From Antedon mediterranea (Eukaryota; Animalia; Echinodermata), in contig NC_092672.1 of assembly GCF_964355755.1 (NCBI RefSeq), forward strand, positions 38,446,437 through 38,510,436: 64,000 nucleotides of DNA. The letters are read 5' to 3'. A program made the translations under genes and the position numbers. Shown here piece by piece: positions 37,749 to 51,873 of the stretch. Numbering within the stretch: position 1 is the stretch's first letter; each line of letters opens with the position of its first letter. A model generated the notes under the pieces. The model saw only the letters and a list, made by a program, of their open reading frames with translations, did not search any database and was not told the origin of the DNA.

Positions 37749-39769
37749 TAACAGAATAAATATTATCATGACGTACGGTATGAGATTCTAAATTTAGAAT
37801 ACTCATTTTGGCTTACAAAACTGATTGTGTTTTAATGTACTTTAAAAAGTTCTAAATCTTACAACAATCATCTTATATTTACAACTATTTTAAATGGAAG
37901 GGACAAGAGACAAGGGCCAGGACCTATACTGACATATGGTCGCACTTTCTAAAAAGTAGGAAACGTTTGCCGGAGAACAGGGCCCTTGGGAAGGCGGTAA
38001 ACTCGTCGATCTCGCCTGATTTACGGCTTTACTGCCGACCTAAGCCTGGCTCAAATTTGTGCGAATTAGCGTCCATTGGTGGTATATGTCTGAGGTGACT
38101 TACTGGTTGTAAATAAACACTTTTTTGGGAATTTTGCGATGTGAGTGTACTTTCCGGTTGAAAGACAAAGGTGATGGCTATGAGTTCGGTAGCACTTATT
38201 TCGGGATTCTTTAAAAGTTTAAGGACAATCATTCATTAAAAAAAAAAGAACAACGTTGTTCTTTAAAAAGTTCGTTTCGTTCATTACTTGCCCTGAAAAA
38301 TTATTATTATTCACTCGATTTTATAGTGTTGTCAATATGTCAATATGTATCCACATCATAGGCAAGTTACCTGATACAGCATCACATGTGGAGTCTGTAT
38401 CACGGAAGAGGTTCGGCTCTATGATACATGCGCTACGGTACATGAAACACATAGTATGCTGTATCACGGAATTTGCGTATGATACACGTCCTAAAACACA
38501 TCTTAGGCCTAGAAACAGCCTATCGCGAATTGGCTAGCGCGTTAACCGACCGCTTGACAATCTTCATATTACTATTCGTATAAATCACACCAATATAGGC
38601 CTACTACTATTTGTCATCAATGTATAAATAATCACGATCCATACTTACATTATATATAAAGCCCAATTATAACGATTTTCTCATGTTAAATTTTTAAGAG
38701 ATAATTTGATTACGTAAAAGTTCATTGCACGATTTTTACTAACGACCGTCGGGGACGGAACAAGGGTCACCGTCTCCCTCTTACAACGGTAAGTCCCCTT
38801 CCCGCGAGACATAACGTGTTCATGAGAAGACCACACGTGCGTTGACAGAATTCATCGACCGTCTCAAAACGCCTGAAACAGCCCAGCGTGTCCCGCAACA
38901 GGCCGTGCATACAATAAGTCGGCAGAAAATTTCACCAAAGCTGCGGTGATAGAATTTATTAGGCCCGTCAAAATTCAGTCTACCAGATGTACAAGGGTTG
39001 AAACATGAAGTCAAACCAGCCCTATGAGATTACCTTCAGGCAGCTTAAAAACAATGGCACTCGGCCCCAGTGGTACAATTTGCCAACTCTATTTCACCTT
39101 AAGATCTGTTATTAGGGTAATTAAATCCAACAAAAAGTCATGTAAAAACAGAGTAGGAACACAGTTGAAATAATAATACAAGTCAATTAGTAGCGGATAA
39201 AATGTAAAATATCTTAACTTAAATTAGAAAGTACTTAAGAATGAGGAGCTCTACAAGTTCAACTTCTTCGTAATGAAAGATATTTGACTAATAAATGTCA
39301 TAGTTAAGTTAGATTTTACGTTTCTAAATACAAACGATAAAAAATCACAAGGCCAAAGATGTTGGTATTTGTTTTATACCCTCTAAAACATCTTCCGGTC
39401 TAACATTATCGAATAAATATATAAACAAGTGTTCGTACACAAGACCACGTTTCTGTATTCTGTCTATAGTAACACCAGAAGGAGACCTAAACTTGATACG
39501 TATGTGCGTACAAAAGCCGCTGAATATTATAAGCGTTTGTACGCACGCGCGCGTCAAATTTCGTTGCATTAGTATCATTTTATTTAAATTAGGCCTATTG
39601 TAAAGGTGTTAATTTATTCAAATGATCGTCTCATCATGTGTGCAACGAATCGTCAAAACTGTTCATCACGTTGATAAAAAAAAATAGCTTGACACAGAAA
39701 TTATGAGATTGGTGACGGATTTCAAATGCCCTTTCGTTGGAAGTTTAAATACCGCGCAACGCAGGTCTT

Positions 39770-39864
39770 AAACGAATTAGTAAAGCGTTTGAAACGAATA
39801 TGCCTATTTCAGAAACGAATTAGTAAAGCGTTTGAAACGAATATGCCTATTTCAAAAACGAATT
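39770..39864. repeat. 43-bp tandem duplication
   Basis: AAACGAATTAGTAAAGCGTTTGAAACGAATATGCCTATTTCA twice. Confidence 0.9.
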
Positions 39865-40154
39865 CGAGGTTTGTAGCCTTTAATTTACTCTTTGAATAGG
39901 TGTAGAAGAAATCGTCACTAATGATTGTAACAAAGTAACAAATAAAAATCTTATTATCAGTATATTAAATCTTACAAACGACAATACAAGTACCCAGTTT
40001 TACGTACTTAATTATGTACTTAAAAACAGTAGGTCTAATGTACACGCGTTTTAGTAAATGTGTTTTTATTTAGAAAACTTAGACACGGGATAAGAGTAGC
40101 CTACAGTACTTTACAGGGTTACCTATAATATTATAGAATGCTCGTTCAACTCAC

Positions 40155-40354
40155 CATGGGACTTGTTAAGGAAATCCTCCTTACATATGAATTGATTTTC
40201 ATCAAGAACGTACAGTTCTTCACCGGTTGAGAGTTGTCTTCGACACACCATGCATGTAAAACAGTCAAGATGAAATACTTTATTTCTCGCTCGACGAACA
40301 AGATCACTTGGAAGGATTCCTTCTGAACAACCGGCGCATTTCTTGCCATAAACC
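40155..40354 (-). CDS. Lhx1: Lhx1/5 coding exon 2 (LIM domain 2)
   Basis: Acceptor ttttcag|G and donor G|gtgagt. Translation (R)[66 protein letters not shown] is a typical Lhx1/5 LIM2. 200 nt; phases fit exons 1 and 3. Confidence 0.96.
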
Positions 40355-41395
40355 CTGAAAACAAAAACAAAACATCCACTTAGAACTAAAGTTTACCCCA
40401 CATTGATATTCGGAAGAAATCAACAGCTATATATGCCTATATATGGATTTGAAAGTAAAACGTGACCTCATTTCATTTTCCATTTCGTCAATTTAAAAAC
40501 ATGATAAAAAAATACACATAGGGCCTACACATAGCAAAACTGATGATGGTGACAGGATTAAACAAAAGCAAACTTAATTGCTGTACAGCATCTCACTGTT
40601 TGCAGATTCTACCACAAGATCACATTTGTCAGACTTCATAAACCCCACTCACATTTTCCAACCCCTAATCACATCAGCAGTCAAACACATTCTCACTCTA
40701 GCTCCCCTTCGACAACCCCTCACTCACTGATTCATCTATGCAATCATTCACAACAATCGACATCAGCCTCACACAGCGTCGCAATCATCACAGCAAAAAT
40801 GTTTCGTCGAACAACCTCATGATATTGATTATCGATATGTATTGTTTCCAAACATTGGTTAAGTCATATGTATTTGGTAACTTGTCCTTATGGTAAGGAT
40901 GTAATGACCGTATCACCCTACATCCTATATGGGGTTACTTTATTAGCCGCGGCACTTACTTTGGTAGGAAAGTATGGTTTAATTTAATAATGTTTAATTT
41001 ATTAATAATAAATACTTTATTATAGTCATCATACTCGTTCACAATTCTTCACGAAAGTCATGTATAACAGCTAATGTTATTTTCTGTGAATATCAGACTC
41101 ATAATACAAAAAATAAATTACAGCGCTCATATCTGAGGATAGCGCAGTTGTACATGTGCACGTTTACTCGACCAAACACGTACATTTGTCACAAAATCAC
41201 AGCATACAATACCATATAGATCATGAGTAACGTCGATATAGCGTAATACTGGTAATGTTTGCAGAGATTATTTTACATAATCTAAGTATTAACCGGGTTA
41301 ACTGCTATAAAAACCAACGATGATGATTTACTACAAGCAACCTGGTAAAGTTATTTTATGATGGAAGAATACAAGAATATTAAATATAATTTTCC

Positions 41396-41857
41396 AATCA
41401 TACAATGGCCTATATTTACTGTTACTTGTACTGAGAGTACCGATAATGTACTGAATCATACAATGGCCTATATTTACTGTTACTTGTACTGAGAGTACCG
41501 ATAATGTACTGAAAACACTTCAGAATGTATTGATATATGTATTTCTCTCTTTTATTTAATTTATGTTGTGTTTTATTCATTTATTTTTTTATGTATATAA
41601 ATGGTCCGGCGAAAACAGAATTGTAAATGTCTTTATGCAGGATCCTTGCCATCAATTATTAATACACTGTAATTGTAATTATTAATACACTGTAATTGTA
41701 ATTATTAATACACTGTAATTGTAATTACAAACGATAATTAAATAAATGTGAATGAATCAAAGCAAATAAATATACCGGTTATTTATTCACCTGCAGACCT
41801 AAGACCTATATAATACTGTTTTATTCACCAGACCTAAGACCTATATAATTCTGTTTT
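41396..41857. repeat. Cluster of short tandem duplications (58 bp x2, 23 bp x3, about 34 bp x2)
   Basis: Direct repeats at 41396-41513, about 41654-41727 and about 41795-41857. Confidence 0.85.
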
Positions 41858-43358
41858 CATCTCTACTTTTATTTCATCCCAATCTGATTTGCTTGAGTGA
41901 TACAGTGTTCTCTCTATTTTAAACGTTTACATTAATGGGAGCAAACGGAGTTATAGGTTGTTATACCCTTCTTAAAACAAAGTTACGGTACATCTTTTTT
42001 ATTGTTATGCAAGTAAATTGTACAGTACTTTTGTAAATGCAACGTTTTTAGCCATGCGGCTACTTTTTGTATGTTTTATACATGAATAAATAATAAAATA
42101 AAAGAAATAAATCTTACTGTTATAAGTCCTTGCTATAAAAGAGGCTAAATATCGTCTACATTTGTATATGAAAGTAGGTACTTATGAATGGTCTTTCGAT
42201 CATGTGGTTTATTTTGTTGAAATTCCTCGTTTAAAAATTAATACCAACAAAAACAACAAAATAATATTAGCTATCGTTTATGTGGGCCTGGAACAATACA
42301 CATTGCAATCAGAATCATTAGGCCTACAGCTTCACAGTCGGTACACTGCATAAATGGACCAGAGGGAAACATAAGGAGCACACTCCACATACACCCGTAG
42401 GCTGCTCATGCTTCATGTAACCTTACGTACGGTCATTGATTTTAAGATTCAATTTGTTACAGTGTGTGCTTACGTAAACTATTACAGATAACGATACCAT
42501 GTTTGTCAGTTTTCTCTTTTCTTAATTTTTAAATTTTTTCATATTTATTTTCGTATTATAATTTTATGTTATAAGAAAAAAATAAAGAAACAAATTTGAA
42601 TTGAATTGACTTATGATGCACAGGCATACTTTAAGCAACGAACTAAAATATCATAATTATTATAATTAGCATTAATAGCAGTATCAAAGAAGAAATTATC
42701 TTTGATTATCTTTCAAACACCATATAAACGTTAATACTGTAATATAATATTGGGAGATATGGATTGAAAATCACAGTTTTGCAAAACCATAGTATCTCCA
42801 CACGAAATGTTTCCCTTGCCATACTATTATACAACAAATAATACTCATCTAATCTGCAGTAAAACTCATAGTGGTTCTCTTGGAACACAAATCGTTCCCT
42901 TTGGTAAGAGTAATAATACTCTAGTATAATTAATCATAATAAACAATACATCTAATAATTTGACTACGAGCAAAAGAAACAGAAACAATATTTTAGTGAT
43001 GTGCGCATAGATGGCCTATTCCAATATAGGCCTACTTATTATATAGGCTTATAATAGGCTACACAAGATATCCAGTTAACAACAATATAACAAATTATAT
43101 AATATATAACATCGTTAAGTTTCTATGACTATTCATTCTTGGGTATATAACAAGACTTTAAAAAACGTTTTAAAAAATGTATCTCAACGATATAGCATTT
43201 ATTCAATAAAATAAAAATCTAATCAACTGTATAAAACGTCAGGTAAATAATTCGTTATTTACAATTACAATTACGGTTGAGATATAACTAATTATTATAT
43301 TTTATTTTATATATAAAATATTATTCTATCAATAACAAACATTAACCATGGGGGTGGC

Positions 43359-43694
43359 CTTTTACACCTCCATGTAATAATCACCCTAGACTACCAATGT
43401 ACCGCTTGGTACGTACTATACCCTTCTTTTACACCTCCATGTAATAATCACCCTAGACTACCAATGTACCGCTTGGTACGTGCTATACCCTTCTTTTACA
43501 CCTCCATGTAATAATCACCCTAGACTACCAATGTACCGCTTGGTACGTACTATACCCTTCTTTTACACCTCCATGTAATAATCACCCTAGACTACCAATG
43601 TACCGCTTGGTACGTACTAAACCCTTCTTTTACACCTCCATGTAATAATCACCCTAGACTACCAATGTACCGCTTGGTACGTACTATACCCTTT
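43359..43694. repeat. 67-bp minisatellite, 5 copies
   Basis: CTTTTACACCTCCATGTAATAATCACCCTAGACTACCAATGTACCGCTTGGTACGTACTATACCCTT repeated, nearly identical. Confidence 0.95.
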
Positions 43695-45022
43695 TAAAAC
43701 CAACAAATCTCTATGATTACCTCTTAAAGTAATATTTCCTTTTTTAATCAATCGTAATAATAATATTCCATTACTATATTAACCATGTCTAACAACACTG
43801 GTCCTTGTGAAGCTATGCTTCCCATGGCTATGTTACTGTGTCACCTATATGCTGTATAATGAAATATCCATGGGTCTCCCGTGTACAGTACACACATCAT
43901 TTACTCCACTAATTACACATATTATTATTGTTGAGATTTCTCTATGCATTAACATGCAGTGTTATCAACTACGCTTCCCCACCTGCTGCCATTTTATTTC
44001 CATTTCTTATAAAATCAACATCTTATTAAACGGTTGAATCTCCAATTTGACGTACAGCAGTACGGATATATACAATGCCATGGATAGATGTATATCATCT
44101 CCATACATATTATTATAGTAATATTAGTATAGTAACAAGCATGATGTTTCAATACATTTTTAAATTTATATTTTATTAAATGCCATAAGGAATTCCAATT
44201 AGAGCTTTCTTATTTTTTACGCCTCATTATTTTGTAAAAGGCGTTTAACATATTTGCTTATAAGGGTATATTTTCGTTATCACAAATGCTATTTCAATAG
44301 TATCCATAGGCGGCCCACATAGATGGATTCGACAGTATACGTACGAGCCTGTAAAGCATTAATGCAATAACAATCCATGTACATACATCGAATGATAACG
44401 AGCAGTTTGCTATACGACTTACTAATATATAAATAACGACCTAATATTATGAACACCTCCAATCATGTGTTCAACAAACGCTAGCCCTGGATCAGCTGTG
44501 TGTGTCAACCTATTCCTTGCAGCTGTATTCACTGCTCGCGAAGAGATTTGATTCTGGGGCCTAGCTCTATTTCTGTAAAACATTCATACATTTATATCGA
44601 ATACTGCTATCTCGTTATAACTTCGTTTACTTAGGTGTTAGGATCAACTTAATAATTTATCAAAATTGCAATACGAATGCATTATTTATTAAATCGATTG
44701 AATAATTAATTATATTAGATGCACAACACTGTCAAACTAGTTTATGAATTCTGTTTTTGTTGGCTCTCAAGTATGTAATCTTTACATGATTTATATTTAG
44801 TCTTCTTGCATTCTTTATATATTATTAAATATTACAATTTATATCAAAATGAAGGTTTATTATCAACAGAAGTAATACACAATAATATACACCATACAAA
44901 GACAACAGTCACTCATAGCGTATTTAAAATAATTATAATACGGTTTAATTATTAGTATTTTAAACAATATAAGTAATTTATAATTGGCAATCCATAAATG
45001 AAAAAAAAATCAGTTAACTTAC

Positions 45023-45198
45023 CTAAAAAAATCGTTTTTACAAAACAGTTTTCCTTCCCTGGAAAAGCACTTCTCCGCCAGTTTCCCTCGGCACTCGCAG
45101 CACTGCACGCACTGAGCGTGCCAAGGTCTGTCCAAAACTTTTAATAGGAACCTATCCAAGATAGGCCTATCGCAACCTGCACATAATTGAACCATCAT
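45023..45198 (-). CDS. Lhx1: LIM homeobox protein Lhx1/5 (Lim1), coding exon 1 (LIM domain 1)
   Basis: Manual translation [58 protein letters not shown](R) has the LIM Cys/His spacing and closely resembles the vertebrate LHX1/LHX5 N-terminus. Ends at donor AG|gtaagt, phase 2. Not in the supplied ORF track. Confidence 0.96.
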
Positions 45199-45689
45199 TG
45201 GGAACTATTGTTATTCAAGCAAAACAATTCGATTAAAAAAATTGTATAAATATGTCGGCTACAGGTTTTATCATTTAAACTGTAAGAAGGTACGTTCATT
45301 CCAAAATATTTTCAACACTGCGATATTACTTTGTTTGACACCATTCTAAAATAAGCATTTAAACCACCGAAGTATTGGTCCTACTTTTACTCAATGCAGC
45401 AGCCCTCATTGATAACAATAGCCATAGTTAATTGTATAAATAGGCAAAAATCAGGTCTCTGGAAAGCGAAGTCCTTCCACGAATTATTAAGCTGCAATAC
45501 TCTCCAGGTATAAAAATATCACTTGTTTAGTATCCTCGTACGTAGAAGTTTCCACATAAATTGACACATGCAGCAATAGGCTACTTAGATAGAGAGATGC
45601 ACTGTTGTAAGCTAAGCACACTACCGATTACTAATCTCTGGCTATTGACGACTAAAACCTAGTGTATTCATAACTTGGCATTCATTTTA

Positions 45690-45790
45690 AGTCACACTCA
45701 CTCGCGCTGACTGGCTAGCCAAGGCGTGACTAACTTAGACCAATCACGGCGAAGTTCACACGACAATCGACTAATCAAATCGCTCGGTTT
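45690..45790 (-). promoter_or_regulatory. Candidate Lhx1/5 proximal promoter
   Basis: Locally GC-richer patch about 500 nt upstream of the ATG, with a CCAAT box (GACCAATCAC, about 45738-45747). Position and motif only. Confidence 0.35.
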
Positions 45791-47901
45791 GTTTCTTGTA
45801 AAACTAATATTTACAAGAATAGAATTTGTAAGTGTGTGGATTGAACATTCAAAGAACGCTTCGATCCGTAATAATCTCATCGCTTACTCTGCCCTTCTCT
45901 GATTTTGAGTCTAAACCAAGGAGGTATAAAATAACCCAATTTATTTCGAATCTATTTTGGCACTTGTATTATATACAGTATATATAATCTAGCACATTTT
46001 GAATAGAATGTGTGATTTGTTGTATTGGAAATGCAAATATATTTTAGTAAAATTATCATTATTAATTACATCACCATGGAAATGTTACTGTAAATAAACA
46101 TAATATAAATAACAATAATTTAAAACTTGCTACGTTTTGTCAACGTAAAATCCCTGAAATCCATGTATTTTAAATCTTTTATTAACATTTTAAAGTATTT
46201 AAGTAAAGTAACGATTATATCATTATAGAACGAGACAATATTTAAACCTTAAAACGACGTTTTACAAGACACATGAACTAAATCGACACATGCAGAACGA
46301 AACACAAAAAGAAATATCGTCAGTTGGTATTCAACTTGCCCTTTGATGCTCCGAAGGAGAAGCAAAACATTATTGTAAAAGAATAAGGGTTGATTCGTCC
46401 CTATTCAGTCCTCATTATATCGATACGTTAAAGGCGCTTAACGATACATTGTACTCCTTCTCAACACAATAGATGAAAGGATCGCAGCTGAGAAAGGGCC
46501 GTTTGTGGAGGCGGTAGAAAGCCCTGAAACGGTCTACCAATAACAAACTCAAAGAACACCCTTATTCAACTAAGCTAATTCCAGGTGAAAAGACATTTGT
46601 TTGGTGTTACAATTGTACTGAATTGCTCCTGAATACGACAAGAAGCCGGATCAAATCATCACGTATTATTATACAAATCGTTGGCGGGTCATCAAAGACA
46701 AACAACTATGCTAGGCCTAGCTGAATAATGCAATGGCTGGCAATGGCTTCTTCTCCGAGGCTAAACGAAACCAATTTCAAAATTAGGAACGTTTACACTA
46801 ATTACTACAACTATTACGCATGGAAAATAATCACTTTGAACCTAAGAAGCTATCGAGAATAAAGAAGGCGAATTACTAACAATTTAGACAGCAAAGTAAA
46901 GAATTATTCGTCATCAGAAATAACGTGTGTACCGAGCTAAAATAAAAATAATGGTTTTACTTTAAATAAATTTTTAAAGAAATATATAAAGCAGGGAGAA
47001 ATATTCAACAAACAACGGTATTTCAACGGGTTTTATATTAATAAACGGGCATACTATTTTGTACATAAATTCTTATTGAAAAATGTTATTGTACTATAAC
47101 GATACTCCTAAAACAATACAAAAAAATCAAAGATACAGAATTTCATTGTTTTTAGTTTAATTTTTTTTTCTCGTTTTTTGTTTGTTTTGTTTTTTCAAAT
47201 AGCATACAGGCTTGCCCTACAAGACTGTTTTTGCAGGGACCAATATCAGCAATCTTTCAATTTATTTTTTATCGTAAATTTAGTATTAAGTGTTTTTTGA
47301 CGGACGTATATATTGAAAGAAAATAATTCTTGAAAATTCAATTCATGGTTGTGGACTTACTGGATATCTTTATATAGGCATGTGTTGATTGCAACATATT
47401 CGTTAGTTTTTTATTTATATTAACAATAAGGCAACACGATATTCAATCTTTACTATTTCAAGTGAGTTATTAGGCTTCTTTAATTCTTTAGTTGTCATTA
47501 TTAAATACAAAGGTGTGTCCATTCAACACCTTTCTTGTTGACACAAAAAGTAACCGATACATTAACACAAAATCCAACTCCTTGAACGCAACAGTTTTGG
47601 GTATAGTGTATTCATGAAAGAATCTAAAGTTATCTAAAAATAACTAAGCGTCTTATTAAGTCTCTAACATAAACACTCATAGTTAGTATGAAATTACAGA
47701 AGCGAATGCAAGAGCTTGTGTTTGGCTTTTGTCTTTTTATACAAATTGTTAGAATAGGCAGTCTTTAAAAAATATACCGCTGCATTCCTGATGCGGATTA
47801 AAGGTTTGGCACGTTTTGTCTGTCAAAGTGTGTAGGCCTAGAAATGGACTCTAAACCAAATTCAGACTAACAGTATTTAACATTTATAATCTACAACCTT
47901 C

Positions 47902-48059
47902 AGCTCTATCTACACTCAAACTTCATGTGACAAAAAATGTGATCTGCATATATATGGACAAGATGATGTCATACCACTACCATATTTGGGTATATCACTA
48001 TTATATTTGGGCACATCACACTTTTTTTGTCAAACTAGTTTGATAGTTTAGACAGAGCT
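47902..48059. mobile_element. MITE family A copy
   Basis: Both TIRs recognisable (AGCTCTATCTACAC...TTTAGACAGAGCT); target duplication not preserved. Confidence 0.8.
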
Positions 48060-48688
48060 AAGACTACTTTGAAGGTGTTTCAATCATTAAAGCAATGGTT
48101 ATTGGTTAATACATAGGCCTACGTAATTTAGTAGCAATCACTGCGAAAAAATGTTTTATCTTTAATCTACAAAATATTGAAGTATTCAATTAAAAATTTC
48201 GTTTACATAATTTTAATAAATGTAACAAAATTGAAAGCATTCAATCAGGAAAGAGAGAGATTGTAAGAGCGAGTTTTAACACTTTGTTCAAAGATCGACA
48301 AAGCTACCCGCCAAGGCCGAACGAAAATTACTTGAAAGCAGGTAAATCCATGCAAGAGCCAGGTAAAGCAAACATTGCTGCTAAATGTCAGTTTGATTTT
48401 ACACAAATTGCATCGAATAAGGTGGTTCACTTCATTCATTTTCAAACTTTTATATAAAAAGTTTCGTAACATGCAAATGAGAATACAAAAAAAGGTTTAC
48501 AGCTATTTGAACATATTTTAATGGAATTCTAATTTCAATAATTTAAAAAGTCAATTAATGTTATCAATATTATTACTATTAATTTAAATATACAACATGC
48601 ATGACACACCTATACATTTCAATATCCATGACAGGAGGAATGATATAATGTATATTACATAAAATACAACATACATCATGATAGAACA

Positions 48689-48855
48689 CATGTGATGTCA
48701 GAGCATGTGATGTCAGAGCATGTGATGTCAGAGCATGTGATGTCAGAGCATGTGATTTCAGAGCATGTGATGTCAGAGCATGTGATGTCAGAGCATGTGA
48801 TGTCAGAGCATGTGATGTCAGAGCATGTGATGTCAGAGCATGTGATGTCAGAGCA
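48689..48855. repeat. 15-bp minisatellite, 11 copies
   Basis: CATGTGATGTCAGAG repeated. Confidence 0.95.
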
Positions 48856-51735
48856 CTAAAGTAGAACATTTGATTAAAATAGTTAATGAATGTAATTATT
48901 GATTATCAGAAGATGAACGTGAGCACATTTCAAGTTTAAATATAATTGCACATTCGTCACCGGTATTCTGTCGATTTTTAATGTGTGTTTTGTTTTTCAA
49001 TGTATATACGGTGTGACGGATAAAGTGTGTTTGTTCCTACGAATTACGAACCAAAATTCAACATTCATGTTAAATTGCGTAATCATTTCAATGTAACATC
49101 TTCAAACATTTCTATACTGTATTGTTATATGAGGTCATTAACCCTCCAATATGAGTATCAGACGACTAAGAAACAGTGTTTTTGACGCCATTGGAAACGT
49201 ATAGGCCTTAAATCCTGAAGCAGACCTGGCGAGTCGGATCAGAAGCTATAGTCTTAGTCACGTCCAAACACATACATTTTTACCCCCTATAGTTACGTTT
49301 CCCCCTTTTATGGAACAGCGACACATTTTCCAATAAAACGTCTTCGAGATCACGTAGTGTGCTATCAATCGAGGTATCACAAGGGTTTGGTCATCCTTCC
49401 TCAGGCGGTACTGGCGCGCCATAGCTTCATACAATGATGACAGTCTGTAGCAAGCTACGCGGATACTGACGCTAAAGTCAACTGTAACGGCACGTACGCT
49501 TACTAGACATTTACAATAATGTGATAATGGTTATAATAGTTATTTGATCATGTTTTAGCAAGTAAAGTCAACACGAATTTTAACCAGCCTTAGGCAGCGG
49601 TCAAAGCTGCAAGCTACCGTTAGTTAAAATAAAATAGGCACGGACCGTCGTTTATTCTTGGGATATATAATCGGTTGATAGCAAGGTTGCTGGTTTTGTG
49701 TGCTCTCTGTTTACCATACAGTATAAAGTATATACACAATACCATTTGATTATTTTTACTTGGTATTCTACAACTATCATTGATACAACAATATCAACAA
49801 ACGAAACAAATGATAACAAAAGATATCAACTTGATATCGTTACAGTGTTACGTAACAAAACTATAGATTTTAAAATTAGAACAAATAATAAGGATTAATT
49901 TTCCTATGAAAGCTATTTTTTATTATTATTAAAGCTTCAATCCAAGTTCGTTTCGTCACACGTATGCATATACACAATGACGTGACGCGATGTGATGTAT
50001 GCGACGCGACGCTATAATAAAAAACATCAAGCAACGCGCGCAATAATGTACACGCCGCAATTGGTGATTGGTCAAATGGAAATAATGCGTTGCGCGTATT
50101 CATCAAAAGATAGTTCTGGTCGAGTTTTGGCGTGTATTGATCATACTGCCACCACCAATTTGTCTAAATGCTGCTATCTTGTAGGCGCGCCTATCGATGG
50201 TAAATGATGTGTTACATTATTGATTGATTTGAAGGCCAGTCATAAGTGCCTGTATTACAAATATTAATTGTATTCCAATGTGTTCTTGTTACGTAAACGG
50301 AGGCCGAAAGCAGCAAGCGCAACATAAATGGCGAAATCTTTCGTTAGGCCTATACAGGATTACACAATCAGGTAAAAGAAAACCTGTTGTGGTCCGGTCT
50401 TGAATACAACAAAATCAGGGGGAAAATTTTTGTGGGGGAAAAATGAGATCTTTTAATTTATATTGAAAAGTTTTCCGACAAATGTTCATAACAATGAGGC
50501 TCTGTCCGTAGACATCAACGCAACGAGAGATCACAAAGCAAAATCTAATCTATTTTTTACTTTCAATATACAAATATATACGAGTCTAGGGATATAAAAA
50601 AGACTTCAGCGCTCCAGCTCAAATAACATAAGTTTCATAACAAAGTATATTCTACAATAGTATTTTATTTATCTTCTGTCGCCGAGAAAATTTGATAAAT
50701 AAAAACATAGATATCTGTCAATTTCGTTTTGAAAATGTTGTTTAGTTACATAATATCAAGGTGTAATGCTTTATGTAGGCCTATCTGTGCCATTTCTTAC
50801 ACCACCAGGAATGTAGCTTGACGGTGCATGTAGGCCTACAAAATGCGTCCACTTTCATAATATAAATTGTTTTTCTTTAATTTTCCAAAGAAAACATGTA
50901 TAAATGTCTATTTAAATACGAAATCTTTGGTAGTGCCTAAAATATATTTACGACCTAATTCGAAAGTTGAAAAGGAATTAAAAGAAAGCGTTTAACAGAA
51001 GTGTTTATTTGTATCAGATAGAAAGGCGACAAAAAATTACTAATTTGATCACGATATTGTGTATACAATACCTTGAGAAAGACAACACATAGGCCTATAA
51101 AAGCCGAGTAACGTGAAACGAATATCGAGGTATCGCTGTATTGTGTTTCAATCGTATTGTTATAATACCTCGACCAAGTGCTATATGAAAAATGTATATG
51201 AAAAAAGTATCTTATGAAAAATACATGTGACTCCGCAATGTCTGCCTAGCAGGTTTTAAGAGCCGTTAGGCTGTTTGGACAAGCCACTACTTTGAGATTG
51301 TAACACATCATTGGTGAAATGAGCCAATCCTAAGGTCAAAGTTCGTGGGTTTTCACGGTATGGGGGTGTTGTCTTTTCTCTAATTGGTGGTCATTATTAT
51401 ATTATAATATTGTGGCCATATCTGTGGGTATTATAGTTTTTCGCGGCTGGTGACCTCACCTGTAGCTAGTTTCTTTAAGTGACAGATTTGATGCTGCCGA
51501 GGGGTAAGTAGTTGCTGACACAGGTAAATCAAACCGTAGGTTCATGAGAACTAAACTTAAGCCTATGTATATCTTAATTCTTCTCGGCTTTGAGCATATG
51601 GAATACCATGTAACCCCTGTTTCACACGGCAACATAAGAGCATGTGAAAGTTTCTAGTTACGGCATACTCCAGTAAACAAAGCAGTGCAGGTGTTTATTG
51701 TCGCATACGTTTGTGCTTGCGTCGTTAAAAAAATT

Positions 51736-51873
51736 AACGCAAGGACGTACGCGCAACGCAAGCGAGTTGACCAATGACACTCCACTGTTCGAATAATCCA
51801 ACGCTTGTGGTTGGTCAATTCACTTAGGTTGCGTTACGTCTTTGCGTTGCGTTGCTAGTAGGTAACCAAGCAT
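51736..51873. mobile_element. MITE family B copy, left end truncated
   Basis: AACGCAAGGACGTACGCGCAACGCAAGCGAGTTGACCAAT ... TTGCGTTGCGTTGCTAGTAGGTAACCAAGC. Confidence 0.75.

Noticed and set aside
40146-40379. ORF-track 77-aa minus-strand peptide
   Set aside because: Wrong frame; the real exon 2 reads in another frame as LIM domain 2.
40625-40800. Intronic C/D-box snoRNA (GTGATGA ... CTGA on the minus strand)
   Set aside because: Terminal stem only about 4 bp with non-canonical spacing, length atypical, no rRNA guide recognised, and tissue-specific transcription factor genes are unusual hosts.
44079-44105. Further CATGGA...TCCATA mini inverted repeat as a P footprint
   Set aside because: No flanking 7-8-bp direct repeat.
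45162-45169. TAGGCCTA inside exon 1 as a transposon scar
   Set aside because: It encodes D-R-P-I, in register with the conserved LIM1 sequence, so this copy is coincidental.
48579-48869. ORF with ALTSH repeats
   Set aside because: Artefact of the 15-bp minisatellite.
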